From Prochlorococcus marinus str. NATL2A (GTDB lineage: Bacteria > Cyanobacteriota > Cyanobacteriia > PCC-6307 > Cyanobiaceae), in the NCBI RefSeq assembly GCF_000012465.1, contig NC_007335.2, positions 1,140,001 to 1,172,000 on the forward strand: DNA of 32,000 bases. Reading direction: 5' to 3'. Made by a program: the position numbers and the translations under genes. A model generated the notes under the pieces. That model had not been told where the DNA came from and searched no databases. It saw only the letters and a list, made by a program, of their open reading frames with translations. Positions 8,693 through 18,535 of the stretch are shown here, one piece after another; the stretch's first letter is position 1, and the number at the start of each line of letters is the position of its first letter.

Positions 8693-10057
8693 CTAATTCT
8701 TGGGAATAAAGCGATCAGGTAATACATCTAATTGCAATAGATCTTCAGGAAGTTCTCTCCTTTGAGTCAACTCGGCCAAACCTTTCCCAACAATAATTGT
8801 CGCAGGTCTAGGTATTCTGTTGTAATTGGAACTCATTGAATAGTTGTATGCACCTGTTCCAAACACAGCAAGAAAATCGCCACTTTCGCAAGAAGGAAGT
8901 AGAAAATCTTTCAATAAAACATCTCCAGACTCACAATGCTTTCCAGCTATTGTGACTTTTTCAAAATTTGTATTCATTGGTTTATCAACTAAACATGCAC
9001 TGTAAAGAGACTGATAGGTTATTGGACGAGGATTATCACTCATCCCTCCATCAACAGATAAATAAGTTCTGACACCAGGGACAACTTTTTTAGCTCCAAT
9101 CTTGTAAATAGTGAGCCCCGAATTAGCGACAAGAGATCTTCCCGGTTCACACATTAATCTTGGTAAATCAAGATTTCTTTCCCTACAGGCATTAACAACA
9201 GCCTTAGAAATAATTTCAACCCATTTTTCAATAGAGGGAGGATTATCTTCTTGAACATATTTAATCCCTAAACCGCCTCCTAAATTTAGATCAACAACTG
9301 GATGACCAATTTCCTTGGCAAGCTTTAAAGCATCAGCCATAACGCCAGCAAGATCAATATGGGGTTGAACCTCAAAAATTTGAGACCCTATATGTGCATG
9401 TAAACCAGTTAAATTAGCCCACTTATACGTTTTTAATTCTTCTAAAATTGACTTAAGCTCATCGGGATCAAAACCAAATTTACTATCTAAATGCCCAGTC
9501 CTTATATATTCATGAGTATGACATTCAATTCCAGGAGTAAACCTCAACATTAACTTTGCTGGCTTGTTATCGGAGGCAATATTTTTTAGTAACTCAATAT
9601 CATGATAATTATCTAAAACAATCGTCACATTATTACTGTAGGCAAAATTCAACTCATCCTGAGATTTGTTATTTCCATGAAAAACAATATCTTTCTCTTT
9701 TACACCTCCATTTATTGCAGTAAGTAATTCACCCTCTGATACTGCATCAAGCCCAAAACCTTCAGAAGAAATAACTGCACAAATAGCAAGGGAGCTATTT
9801 GCTTTTGAAGCAAATAGAGGAAGTGACTTTCCTGGGTAATGTTTATTTAAAGAAGATATATAAGTTTTGCATGCAGTCCTAAGTGACAACTCATCTAAAA
9901 CATAAAGAGGTGTGCCATATTTTTTTGCGAGTTCACTAAGTTGACATCCTCCAACAACTAATTTTTTACTCTCATTAATTTCTGAAGAGATCGGAGCTAT
10001 ATTTCGATTTGGACTATCAATATCCACATTGGGTTCATAAGCTTTTGATTCGTGCAT
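8693..10057 (-). CDS. lysA: Diaminopimelate decarboxylase
   Basis: 454 aa. PLP-dependent group IV decarboxylase pattern: YVLDE, FASKAN, HAHIGSQI, GGGLGI, EPGRSLVA, CESGD, GAYNYSMSSNYN. Confidence 0.95.
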   Translation of the reverse strand: MHESKAYEPNVDIDSPNRNIAPISSEINESKKLVVGGCQLSELAKKYGTPLYVLDELSLRTACKTYISSLNKHYPGKSLPLFASKANSSLAICAVISSEGFGLDAVSEGELLTAINGGVKEKDIVFHGNNKSQDELNFAYSNNVTIVLDNYHDIELLKNIASDNKPAKLMLRFTPGIECHTHEYIRTGHLDSKFGFDPDELKSILEELKTYKWANLTGLHAHIGSQIFEVQPHIDLAGVMADALKLAKEIGHPVVDLNLGGGLGIKYVQEDNPPSIEKWVEIISKAVVNACRERNLDLPRLMCEPGRSLVANSGLTIYKIGAKKVVPGVRTYLSVDGGMSDNPRPITYQSLYSACLVDKPMNTNFEKVTIAGKHCESGDVLLKDFLLPSCESGDFLAVFGTGAYNYSMSSNYNRIPRPATIIVGKGLAELTQRRELPEDLLQLDVLPDRFIPKN

Positions 10058-10150
10058 AGAAATTTTTCACAACGATATCTGGTCAATCTAGAGATCAATC
10101 AACGAATTAGTATTCTTTTTCAACAAAGAACCATTCATTAATAGTTAGAT

Positions 10151-10606
10151 ATGAATCTTAAAATAATTCAACTTGGGGAAATGCATTTAAATGATTGCGT
10201 GGATCTAGACCAAAAATCATCTAATGGTCTTTGGTCAAAATCTCAATGGGAGAAAGAACTTACTGACCCTAAGAGGATTTGTCTGGGAATCATAGAATTG
10301 CAAACTAAAAAACTTTTAGGCCTATGTTCCGCTTGGTTAGTAATAGACGAATTACACATAACTTTTATAGCTGTCGATCCCAGGAATCAAAGGAAAGGAA
10401 TAGGAAAATTTCTCTTGTCAGACTTAATCAAACGCTCAAAATCACTTCAAATAAATCACATATTTTTAGAAGTAAAACAAAATAATGAGCCCGCTAAAGC
10501 TTTATACAATTCGATGGGGTTCAAAACAGTAGGTAAAAGATCTAATTTTTATCAAGACGGAAGTGATGCTCTACTTCTAAATAAAGAAACCAATAACAGA
10601 TCATAA
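10151..10606 (+). CDS. rimI: GNAT N-acetyltransferase, RimI-like (ribosomal-protein-alanine acetyltransferase)
   Basis: 151 aa. GNAT motif A NQRKGIGKFLL. Also LEVKQNNEPAKALYNSMGF. Size and layout are typical of RimI. Confidence 0.72.
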   Translation: MNLKIIQLGEMHLNDCVDLDQKSSNGLWSKSQWEKELTDPKRICLGIIELQTKKLLGLCSAWLVIDELHITFIAVDPRNQRKGIGKFLLSDLIKRSKSLQINHIFLEVKQNNEPAKALYNSMGFKTVGKRSNFYQDGSDALLLNKETNNRS

Positions 10607-10795
10607 ACTCAATAATTAAGTACGGTTAACCGAAATCCAAAACCAAATAAATAGCCGGTTCTTTGCATCAATTAATACTTTTAATTATTTTTCAACGAAC
10701 ACTTTATATTTACCCTTTATAAAAAAAAACCTAACCGTACACATTTCACACTTAACCCTGATAAATTAGATTAAATAGTTAAAGGCAAAAGCTAA

Positions 10796-13363
10796 ATGTT
10801 TGAGAGGTTTACAGAAAAGGCAATAAAAGTGATCATGCTTGCCCAAGAAGAGGCAAGACGCCTTGGGCATAATTTCGTGGGAACAGAGCAAATCCTACTT
10901 GGGCTAATTGGTGAAGGTACTGGTGTTGCAGCTAAAGTTCTTAAATCAATGGGTGTTAACTTAAAAGATTCAAGAGTAGAAGTTGAAAAGATAATAGGAA
11001 GAGGTTCAGGATTCGTTGCCGTAGAAATTCCCTTCACACCAAGAGCAAAAAGAGTACTTGAACTTTCATTAGAAGAAGCTCGTCAACTAGGTCACAATTA
11101 CATTGGTACCGAACATCTATTACTTGGTCTCATAAGAGAAGGTGAAGGAGTAGCAGCAAGAGTTCTAGAAAATTTAGGCGTTGATCTAACAAAAGTCAGG
11201 ACGCAAGTTGTCAGAATGCTTGGTGAAACAGCAGAAGTTACAACAGGATCAGGTTCATCCAAAGGATCAGCGAAAACTGCAACACTTGACGAATTTGGAA
11301 CAAACCTAACTCAGCTAGCTAGTGAATCAAAGCTTGACCCAGTAGTGGGAAGACATTCAGAGATTGATCGTGTAATTCAAATACTTGGAAGAAGAACAAA
11401 AAACAATCCTGTTTTAATAGGAGAGCCAGGGGTAGGGAAAACAGCTATTGCTGAGGGACTTGCTCAGAGAATTCAGCAAGGAAATATTCCTGACATACTT
11501 GAGGAGAAGAGAGTATTGACCCTTGATATTGGTTTACTTGTTGCGGGTACTAAATATAGAGGTGAATTTGAAGAAAGATTAAAAAAAATAATGGAAGAAA
11601 TCAAATCGGCTGGGAATGTAATCCTAGTTATTGATGAAGTTCATACATTGATAGGCGCAGGTGCTGCTGAGGGAGCAATTGACGCTGCAAACATTTTAAA
11701 ACCTGCCCTAGCAAGAGGAGAACTTCAATGTATTGGAGCTACAACTCTTGATGAATATCGCAAACATATTGAAAGAGATGCTGCATTAGAGCGAAGATTC
11801 CAACCCGTAATGATTGGAGAACCTTCAATTAAAGATACGATCGAAATACTTAAAGGATTAAGAGAGAGATATGAGCAACATCACAGATTGAAGATTACAG
11901 ATGAAGCTCTAGATGCTGCTGCTAATCTTGGTGATAGGTATATCTCTGATCGTTTTTTACCTGATAAAGCTATAGACCTTATAGACGAAGCAGGAAGCCG
12001 AGTAAGATTACTCAACTCCAAATTGCCTCCTGAAGCAAAAGAGGTTGATAAAGAATTAAGAAAAATACAAAAGAGTAAAGAAGAAGCAGTAAGAGATCAA
12101 AATTTCACCCAAGCAGGAGAGCTCAGAGAGAAAGAAGTTGAACTTAGAGATAAGATAAGAAATCTTTTGCAAAATATAAGACAAAAACCATCAACAAATG
12201 AAAATCCCAATTCTAATAATGTTCCACAGGAAAATAATGAATCTTCAGACCAACTTATTACTCAGTCTGACGACTTAAAAGTTTCTCAACCGGTAGTTAA
12301 CGAAGAAGACATTGCTCATATTGTTGCTTCATGGACTGGCGTACCTGTTCAGAAATTAACTGAAAGTGAATCAGTCAAACTTCTAAACATGGAAGATACA
12401 TTGCATCAGAGACTGATTGGTCAAGACGAAGCTGTGAAAGCTGTTTCCAAAGCAATTAGGAGAGCTAGAGTAGGCCTAAAGAATCCAAACAGACCAATTG
12501 CTAGCTTTATTTTTTCTGGTCCAACGGGAGTTGGAAAAACTGAATTAACTAAAGCTTTAGCGGCCTATTTCTTTGGTAGTGAAGAAGCAATGATACGTCT
12601 AGACATGTCTGAATTCATGGAAAGACACACTGTTAGTAAATTAATAGGTTCTCCTCCAGGCTACGTAGGTTTCAATGAAGGTGGACAACTAACAGAAGCT
12701 GTAAGAAGAAGGCCCTATACAGTAGTTTTGTTCGATGAAATAGAAAAAGCTCATCCAGATGTGTTCAATCTTCTCCTTCAATTACTTGAAGAAGGGAGAT
12801 TAACAGACTCAAAAGGAAGAACTGTTGATTTCAAAAATACTCTAGTAATAATGACCTCTAATATTGGATCTAAAGTTATAGAGAAAGGCGGAGGCGGATT
12901 GGGATTTGAATTCTCTGGTGAAAATTTAGAAGATACTCAATATAATCGAATTAAATCATTAGTAAATGAAGAACTAAAACAATATTTCCGCCCTGAATTT
13001 CTCAATAGATTAGATGAAATAATTGTATTTAGACAGCTTTCCAGAGACGAAGTCAAAGACATCGCAGAAATAATGTTGAAAGAAGTATTCTTGAGAATAA
13101 AAGATAAAGGAATATCATTAACTGTTTCAGAGGATTTCAAAGAAAGATTAGTTGAAGAAGGATACAATCCTTCTTATGGTGCAAGGCCTTTAAGAAGAGC
13201 TGTCATGAGGTTATTGGAAGATAGCCTTGCCGAAGAAGTTTTATCAGGAAGGATAAAAGACGGAGACAAAGCGGAGGTAGATATTGATGAAAGTAAAAAA
13301 GTAATTGTTAAACATCTTGGGAAAGATGGTTCCAAACCAGAATTAGCAAGCGCCACTGTTTAA
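10796..13363 (+). CDS. clpC: ATP-dependent Clp protease ATP-binding subunit ClpC (class I AAA+)
   Basis: 855 aa. Duplicated N-terminal Clp_N repeats ([14 protein letters not shown] / [14 protein letters not shown]). Two Walker A motifs GEPGVGKT and [11 protein letters not shown]-like middle motif. C-terminal ARPLRR. Confidence 0.96.
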   Translation: MFERFTEKAIKVIMLAQEEARRLGHNFVGTEQILLGLIGEGTGVAAKVLKSMGVNLKDSRVEVEKIIGRGSGFVAVEIPFTPRAKRVLELSLEEARQLGHNYIGTEHLLLGLIREGEGVAARVLENLGVDLTKVRTQVVRMLGETAEVTTGSGSSKGSAKTATLDEFGTNLTQLASESKLDPVVGRHSEIDRVIQILGRRTKNNPVLIGEPGVGKTAIAEGLAQRIQQGNIPDILEEKRVLTLDIGLLVAGTKYRGEFEERLKKIMEEIKSAGNVILVIDEVHTLIGAGAAEGAIDAANILKPALARGELQCIGATTLDEYRKHIERDAALERRFQPVMIGEPSIKDTIEILKGLRERYEQHHRLKITDEALDAAANLGDRYISDRFLPDKAIDLIDEAGSRVRLLNSKLPPEAKEVDKELRKIQKSKEEAVRDQNFTQAGELREKEVELRDKIRNLLQNIRQKPSTNENPNSNNVPQENNESSDQLITQSDDLKVSQPVVNEEDIAHIVASWTGVPVQKLTESESVKLLNMEDTLHQRLIGQDEAVKAVSKAIRRARVGLKNPNRPIASFIFSGPTGVGKTELTKALAAYFFGSEEAMIRLDMSEFMERHTVSKLIGSPPGYVGFNEGGQLTEAVRRRPYTVVLFDEIEKAHPDVFNLLLQLLEEGRLTDSKGRTVDFKNTLVIMTSNIGSKVIEKGGGGLGFEFSGENLEDTQYNRIKSLVNEELKQYFRPEFLNRLDEIIVFRQLSRDEVKDIAEIMLKEVFLRIKDKGISLTVSEDFKERLVEEGYNPSYGARPLRRAVMRLLEDSLAEEVLSGRIKDGDKAEVDIDESKKVIVKHLGKDGSKPELASATV

Positions 13364-13383
13364 CTTTAAAATAGAAAAGTTAT

Positions 13384-14502
13384 ATGTTTATAAATAATCA
13401 CAGCATTTCACCTTCAAATGTCGTTAGAGGTGAAGGGGCATGGGCTGACTCATTAGATCTAATAACTAAATTATGCAAAAGGCCTTTAATAATAGGTAGA
13501 AGTAGCTCTACAAAGAAAATAAGAACTTCATTCAAAAAAGATCTTCTTTTAAAAGGTATTCAATCAATCTCACTAGATTTAGACCATGATTGCTGTGAAT
13601 TAGATATCAAAAATGCATATCTAATCTCAAAACACAATAACTGTGATGGGATTATTGCGGCAGGAGGTGGGAAAGTGCTTGACGCAGGAAAACTAATCGC
13701 TGATTTACTTGGTATTAATTGCATAACTGTTCCATTAAGTGCCTCCACATGTGCTGGATGGACCGCTTTATCTAATATTTACACTCCTGATGGAAAATTT
13801 GTAAAAGATGTAACTTTGAAAAGCTGTCCAAACTTATTGATCTTTGATCACACAATTGTTAGAAACGCCCCACCAAGAACACTTGCTAGCGGCATGGCCG
13901 ATGCTGTCGCAAAATGGTACGAGTCTTCCCTAACAAGCAGTTCAAGCCAAGATGGCTTTGTTCAGCAAGCAGTTCAGATGGCTAGGGTTTTACGCGATCA
14001 ATTATTTTTAAACGGTCAAAAGGCTTTCTTGGATCCATTAAGCAATTCTTGGGAAACTGTTGCAGAAGGATGCGCCTTAACTGCTGGAATAATAGGAGGG
14101 CTTGGGGGCGCAAGATGCAGAACAGCCGCAGCTCATCCTATACACAATGGATTAACACAACTCGCATACACTAATAAACCACTTCATGGAGAACTTGTTG
14201 GATTTGGCTTACTCGTGCAATTACATCTAGAAGAAAAAAATTCAACCAGTCAATTACCAAAACAAGCTAAATCACAACTTTTAGAGTTCTTCTCGCAACT
14301 CAATCTCCCTATTTCAATTGAGTCTATTTGTCTTAGGAATACCACCTCGAATGAACTATATAAAGCATGTAAATTCGCCTGTAATGATGACTCTGATATA
14401 CATAAATTACCTTTCCCAATAAATGAAAAAGACCTTTTAGAGGCTATTCAAAGTTTACAATCCTTCCCAACAAGCTCCAGAATAAAAATAAATAATACTT
14501 AA
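13384..14502 (+). CDS. Iron-containing alcohol dehydrogenase / glycerol dehydrogenase-like oxidoreductase
   Basis: 372 aa. Nucleotide-binding motif GGGKVLDAGK. Conserved His region AAHPIHNGLT...LHGELVGFG, as in the GldA/Fe-ADH superfamily. Starts 20 nt after clpC. Confidence 0.72.
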   Translation: MFINNHSISPSNVVRGEGAWADSLDLITKLCKRPLIIGRSSSTKKIRTSFKKDLLLKGIQSISLDLDHDCCELDIKNAYLISKHNNCDGIIAAGGGKVLDAGKLIADLLGINCITVPLSASTCAGWTALSNIYTPDGKFVKDVTLKSCPNLLIFDHTIVRNAPPRTLASGMADAVAKWYESSLTSSSSQDGFVQQAVQMARVLRDQLFLNGQKAFLDPLSNSWETVAEGCALTAGIIGGLGGARCRTAAAHPIHNGLTQLAYTNKPLHGELVGFGLLVQLHLEEKNSTSQLPKQAKSQLLEFFSQLNLPISIESICLRNTTSNELYKACKFACNDDSDIHKLPFPINEKDLLEAIQSLQSFPTSSRIKINNT

Positions 14503-14507
14503 GAGCA

Positions 14508-15416
14508 TTGAATCAAGAAGTAAAGAAAAATATAGATACAACAAATGCTACGAAGGCATATATAAATGAAATACGAAATCAAATTATAGACAATCAAGCT
14601 AGTAAACTTTTTGAAGATTTAAAATGGATACAACTAGAGAATATTTCATCAAATAAATCTGATTTATTTCCAACAGTCTTAACAGGTAAAGGAAACAAAA
14701 TTCTTCTTATTCATGGCTTTGATAGCTGCTTTCTTGAATATAGGCGTCTCATACCTATTCTAAAAAAGAAAAATAAATTAATCATTCCAGATCTATATGG
14801 ATTTGGTTTTTGCCCTAGATCTAGTGGTAACAAATATGGATTTAAATATTTAATGAAACATTTGAATTCTATTTTAAATCATTTTTCAAATAATCAACCC
14901 ATAGGAGTAATAGGTGCCTCAATGGGAGGAGCTTTAGCTCTAGAACTAGCGAGACAAAACCCAAAGAAAGTCAATAAATTACTACTTTTATCACCAGCAG
15001 GATTAGCAGGCAAAAACCCAAAAATCCCATGGCCATTTAATCATTTGGGGGCTTTTTTCCTTAGTCGACCTTTTGTCCGAAGGGGATTGTGTAAACAGGC
15101 ATTCGCTGATCCAACAAATAGCGTAGGTCCTGCAGAAGAACAAATCGCCTCAATACATTTAAAAGTTCCGGGTTGGCAATCATCTCTAGCAGATTTCGCG
15201 GCAGATGGCGGAGTATCTGGCTGCGGACTCCCAAAACCCACTCAACCTCTAAAAATTATTTTAGGTAAATATGACAGAATCATTCCTAACAACGAAAAGG
15301 AAGAAACCTACAGAAACTATAACTCCAACATAGAAATAGCATTAAATTCAGGACATCTTCCACACCTGGAAGAACCAAAGTTAGTTGCTGATGCTTGGGG
15401 AAAACTAAAGAAATGA
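14508..15416 (+). CDS. Alpha/beta-fold hydrolase
   Basis: 302 aa with a TTG start (no in-frame ATG until far inside). HG motif LLIHGF, nucleophile elbow GASMGG, C-terminal catalytic His SGHLPHLEEP. Starts 5 nt after the preceding gene. Confidence 0.8.
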   Translation: MNQEVKKNIDTTNATKAYINEIRNQIIDNQASKLFEDLKWIQLENISSNKSDLFPTVLTGKGNKILLIHGFDSCFLEYRRLIPILKKKNKLIIPDLYGFGFCPRSSGNKYGFKYLMKHLNSILNHFSNNQPIGVIGASMGGALALELARQNPKKVNKLLLLSPAGLAGKNPKIPWPFNHLGAFFLSRPFVRRGLCKQAFADPTNSVGPAEEQIASIHLKVPGWQSSLADFAADGGVSGCGLPKPTQPLKIILGKYDRIIPNNEKEETYRNYNSNIEIALNSGHLPHLEEPKLVADAWGKLKK

Positions 15417-15417
15417 A

Positions 15418-16050
15418 ATGATAGCCAAGTGGATTAAAGAGAAAGGAATTCTTACTAAATTATTAGAGAAAGGTATAAAGTTTCTAGTCATAAAAGAGTG
15501 TAAAAAGATTAGAAATCTTAAAATAGATATTATTTCCACTTCTACTCAAATATTTAAAGGTGTAATACAAAAAATTAATATTTCCGCTGAGGATATTAAT
15601 TATAAAGATCTTTTTTTTGATGAACTCCAGATAGAAGCAGATAATCTTAAAATCAATTTTATATTAACCACTAAAGAATTAAAATTTACAAATGATCCGT
15701 TAATCAAATTCAAAATTTCTTTAACTCAAAGTTCACTCAGAAAAATTCTATTGTCAAAAAATTGGCATTGGATCGGAGATAAAATTAGCAAGGAAATATT
15801 AAACCAAGAAAAATTAATAGATATAAAAATAAGGAATGGTCAGTTATTAATAAAAACTTCTAAAGATGATATCAATATTATTAAAGAGCAACATATTAAT
15901 GTTACAGCAGAGAAAGGTAAAGTCTATCTGAATAATGAAGCTTATAACAAGATAATTGAGATACCGGTTGAAGATAAAATATATATTAAAAAAATATATA
16001 TAGAAAATAAATTAATTAATATTTTCGCAAGTTCATCTATTAGTTTTTAA
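15418..16050 (+). CDS. Hypothetical K/I/N-rich protein, possibly DUF2993/LmeA-like
   Basis: 210-aa ORF. ATG lies 1 nt after the hydrolase stop. Alternating beta-strand-like pattern (LKIDIISTSTQIFKGVIQKINISAEDINYKDLFFDELQIEADNLKINF) reminiscent of cyanobacterial DUF2993 proteins. Family assignment is from memory and weak. Confidence 0.55.
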   Translation: MIAKWIKEKGILTKLLEKGIKFLVIKECKKIRNLKIDIISTSTQIFKGVIQKINISAEDINYKDLFFDELQIEADNLKINFILTTKELKFTNDPLIKFKISLTQSSLRKILLSKNWHWIGDKISKEILNQEKLIDIKIRNGQLLIKTSKDDINIIKEQHINVTAEKGKVYLNNEAYNKIIEIPVEDKIYIKKIYIENKLINIFASSSISF

Positions 16051-16070
16051 TTATTTCAGGAAATAATTAA
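16047..16070. repeat. Perfect palindrome (11-bp arms, 2-nt centre) spanning two convergent stop codons
   Basis: ttaattatttc-ag-gaaataattaa. Contains the TAA stop of the 15418-16050 gene (16048-16050) and the TGA stop of cdsA (16056-16058 on the minus strand). Confidence 0.9.
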
Positions 16071-16943
16071 TGGTGATAATAATAATACTATATAAAATAC
16101 AATAGCTGGAGTAAATAAATAACTATCGATTCTATCGAGAATCCCTCCATGACCAGGTAAAAAATTACCTGAATCTTTTAATCCTGCATTCCTTTTCAGC
16201 ATAGATTCAGTAAGGTCTCCAACCAAAGAAAATAAAGCTACTAAAACACCAATAAATATTCCAATTAATATTCCAAATTCCCATCTAAGTAAATATCCAA
16301 AATAGGATCCTATTAATATTGAAAAGAATAATCCACCGATAACACCCTCAATAGTTTTAGAAGGTGAAATCGGAGATAGAGAATGATTGCCAAACTTCTT
16401 ACCAACAAAATAAGAACCTATATCAAATCCAACTATCATAAAACATGTAGAAAAAGTTATTAGCATTCCAAAAGTGATGGATGGTGACCAATCAGCGGGA
16501 ATCAAGTTGAAGTTATTTGTTAAATCAGTCTCTAAAAGATTTCTTAACTTAATCCAATGACTTGGCAAGAAACCTAAATAAAATAATCCGAATATTGATG
16601 CTGCTACATCAGCAATGGACCCAGTAACAGGTTGGAGTAATAACCAACCACAAATAGCAGCCCCAGATAATGGCAAAATAGCATCTGATATTTCAATAGA
16701 TATATATCCTTGAGAAGATAATTGAGTGAAAAAAAGTAATATTTGACAGGCTAATAATGTTGTCTTAGTGGCTGGTCTTATTCCAGTAAATTCTGCCATC
16801 CTAAAGAACTCTAGAAGAGCTAAATGAACAATTATACTTATTGCAATAGAAAACCACCAATCACCAAGAGAGACTATTAAAAATCCAAAAACTCCAACGA
16901 TAAGTCCACTTAATAATCTCTTTTTGGAAACAGCTAAAAACAT
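16056..16943 (-). CDS. cdsA: Phosphatidate cytidylyltransferase (CDP-diglyceride synthase)
   Basis: 295 aa and polytopic. Signature SMLKRNAGLKDSGNFLPGHGGILDRIDS. Confidence 0.92.
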   Translation of the reverse strand: MFLAVSKKRLLSGLIVGVFGFLIVSLGDWWFSIAISIIVHLALLEFFRMAEFTGIRPATKTTLLACQILLFFTQLSSQGYISIEISDAILPLSGAAICGWLLLQPVTGSIADVAASIFGLFYLGFLPSHWIKLRNLLETDLTNNFNLIPADWSPSITFGMLITFSTCFMIVGFDIGSYFVGKKFGNHSLSPISPSKTIEGVIGGLFFSILIGSYFGYLLRWEFGILIGIFIGVLVALFSLVGDLTESMLKRNAGLKDSGNFLPGHGGILDRIDSYLFTPAIVFYIVLLLSPLIIS

Positions 16944-17040
16944 TAAATCAGGTAAAAAAATATAGCTTTCGTTTATAAAACATACTTTAAATGGATGGTA
17001 ATAATAAATTTTATTATAGCTGATGAATAGATATTATTAA

Positions 17041-18435
17041 TCACGAAATAACTCTTACAAAATCAGAAATTTGTTCAGGCCAAAAGCTTTTTTGCTCTAT
17101 CAACCAATCAACACGAGCTTCGTCCAAAATCTCACCAGGAATCAATAAAGGTATGCCAGGAGGATAAGGGCAAACCATCTCAACAGAAATTCTTCCAATA
17201 GCATCTTTTAGATTCACCTTCTCAAAATTCGATCCCCAAGAGTCAGAATATGACTTGTATGGCTTAGATACGATACCGAAAGGTGGTCTTTTAAAAAAAC
17301 AAGGTTTTTGTTTGCCACAGGCTTTAAGGATTTCATTCCAAATTCTTACAAATCTTTTTCCTAATCTCTTGTGAGATGAGAGCCCAAGACAAAAAGTTAG
17401 CGTTCCTGGCTCAGCCAATTCGCCAATCATTCTTTTTCTTATAAAGCTTTTATCAACTTCAATACCACTCAAACCAAATTTTGACGTGTGAAGAATTATT
17501 TTTAGTGGATCGCTGTTTTTAAGAAGAGGAACTTCATTTTTAATCAAAAAATCTTTTAACATCTCAGCTTCTTCAATACATAATCTTAGTTTCTTTATCC
17601 CTTTAGATTCAAGAAGTTCCTTTATTGAACTTTCACAAGAAGCTAACAAGAGAGAGCTTGGGCTTGAAGTTTGAAGCAACTCAATAGCTCTTTCAATTTT
17701 AAATGGATCAACCTTGTCACCTTGCGACCATAAAACCGCGGATTGAACTAAACCTGATGCAGATTTATGTAGAGAGTGAACAACAAGATCTGCACCAAAA
17801 GATATAGCTGACTTAGGTAAATCTGGTCTTATTTGACTGATTAAGTAAGCTCCATGAGCTTCATCAACCAAAACTGGCAAAGAATGAGAATGAATCTCTT
17901 TAATTAGAGATTCCATATCTGCAGAATATCCTTGGTATGTAGGGTTAACTAAAACTACCGCAGCTATATCATCTTCATATTCTTTTGCTTTTTTTAAAAC
18001 CCTCTGAAGCCATTTCCTATCCATAACAGAGGCATGGCCTCTATCAGTTAGATAAGGGACATCGAAAAGTAATGGTGTTAAGCCGCCAAAGAGGCATGCT
18101 TGAATACAACTTTTATGTATATTTCTTGGCATGAGAACAGCTTGCCCAGGATGAGCTAGAGCAAGCAATGAACTTTGGAGTAAACCTGTCGCTCCGTTAA
18201 CTCCATACCAACATCTATCAACACCCACTTCATAGGCAGAAGACTTTTGACTTTCGGCTATGGCTCCTTCACTAATCAACGGGCCGCCAATCTCAAAAAG
18301 CTCAGGCAAATCCCAAATACCTGGTCTAAGCCTCAATAGAGTTTTTATGTTTTTTGGGAGAGAATTTCCTCTTCCATGTGCAGGTAAAAAAAGATTTTCG
18401 TTTCTATTAGTAGAAAGCAAGTTTAAAAGCCCCAT
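17041..18435 (-). CDS. PLP-dependent Orn/Lys/Arg decarboxylase family protein (major-domain type)
   Basis: 464 aa. LPAHGRG at the N-terminus. PLP-lysine motif SLHKSASGL. VDEAHGAY. C-terminal YPPGIPLLIPGE, typical of this family. Confidence 0.85.
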   Translation of the reverse strand: MGLLNLLSTNRNENLFLPAHGRGNSLPKNIKTLLRLRPGIWDLPELFEIGGPLISEGAIAESQKSSAYEVGVDRCWYGVNGATGLLQSSLLALAHPGQAVLMPRNIHKSCIQACLFGGLTPLLFDVPYLTDRGHASVMDRKWLQRVLKKAKEYEDDIAAVVLVNPTYQGYSADMESLIKEIHSHSLPVLVDEAHGAYLISQIRPDLPKSAISFGADLVVHSLHKSASGLVQSAVLWSQGDKVDPFKIERAIELLQTSSPSSLLLASCESSIKELLESKGIKKLRLCIEEAEMLKDFLIKNEVPLLKNSDPLKIILHTSKFGLSGIEVDKSFIRKRMIGELAEPGTLTFCLGLSSHKRLGKRFVRIWNEILKACGKQKPCFFKRPPFGIVSKPYKSYSDSWGSNFEKVNLKDAIGRISVEMVCPYPPGIPLLIPGEILDEARVDWLIEQKSFWPEQISDFVRVIS

Positions 18436-18535
18436 GGAATAAAAGATTTACCTAAAATCAATGTAGTTAAATTAATCAGTAAGCAAATCAAAAGATCTTC
18501 TTAGATGTGTAGCTGAAAGAACTTATGATGAATTC

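Noticed and set aside
10792-11037. 81-aa minus-strand ORF overlapping the clpC start
   Set aside because: It is antisense to the highly conserved Clp_N repeat of clpC. Its sequence is Pro/Ser/Thr-rich with no motif.
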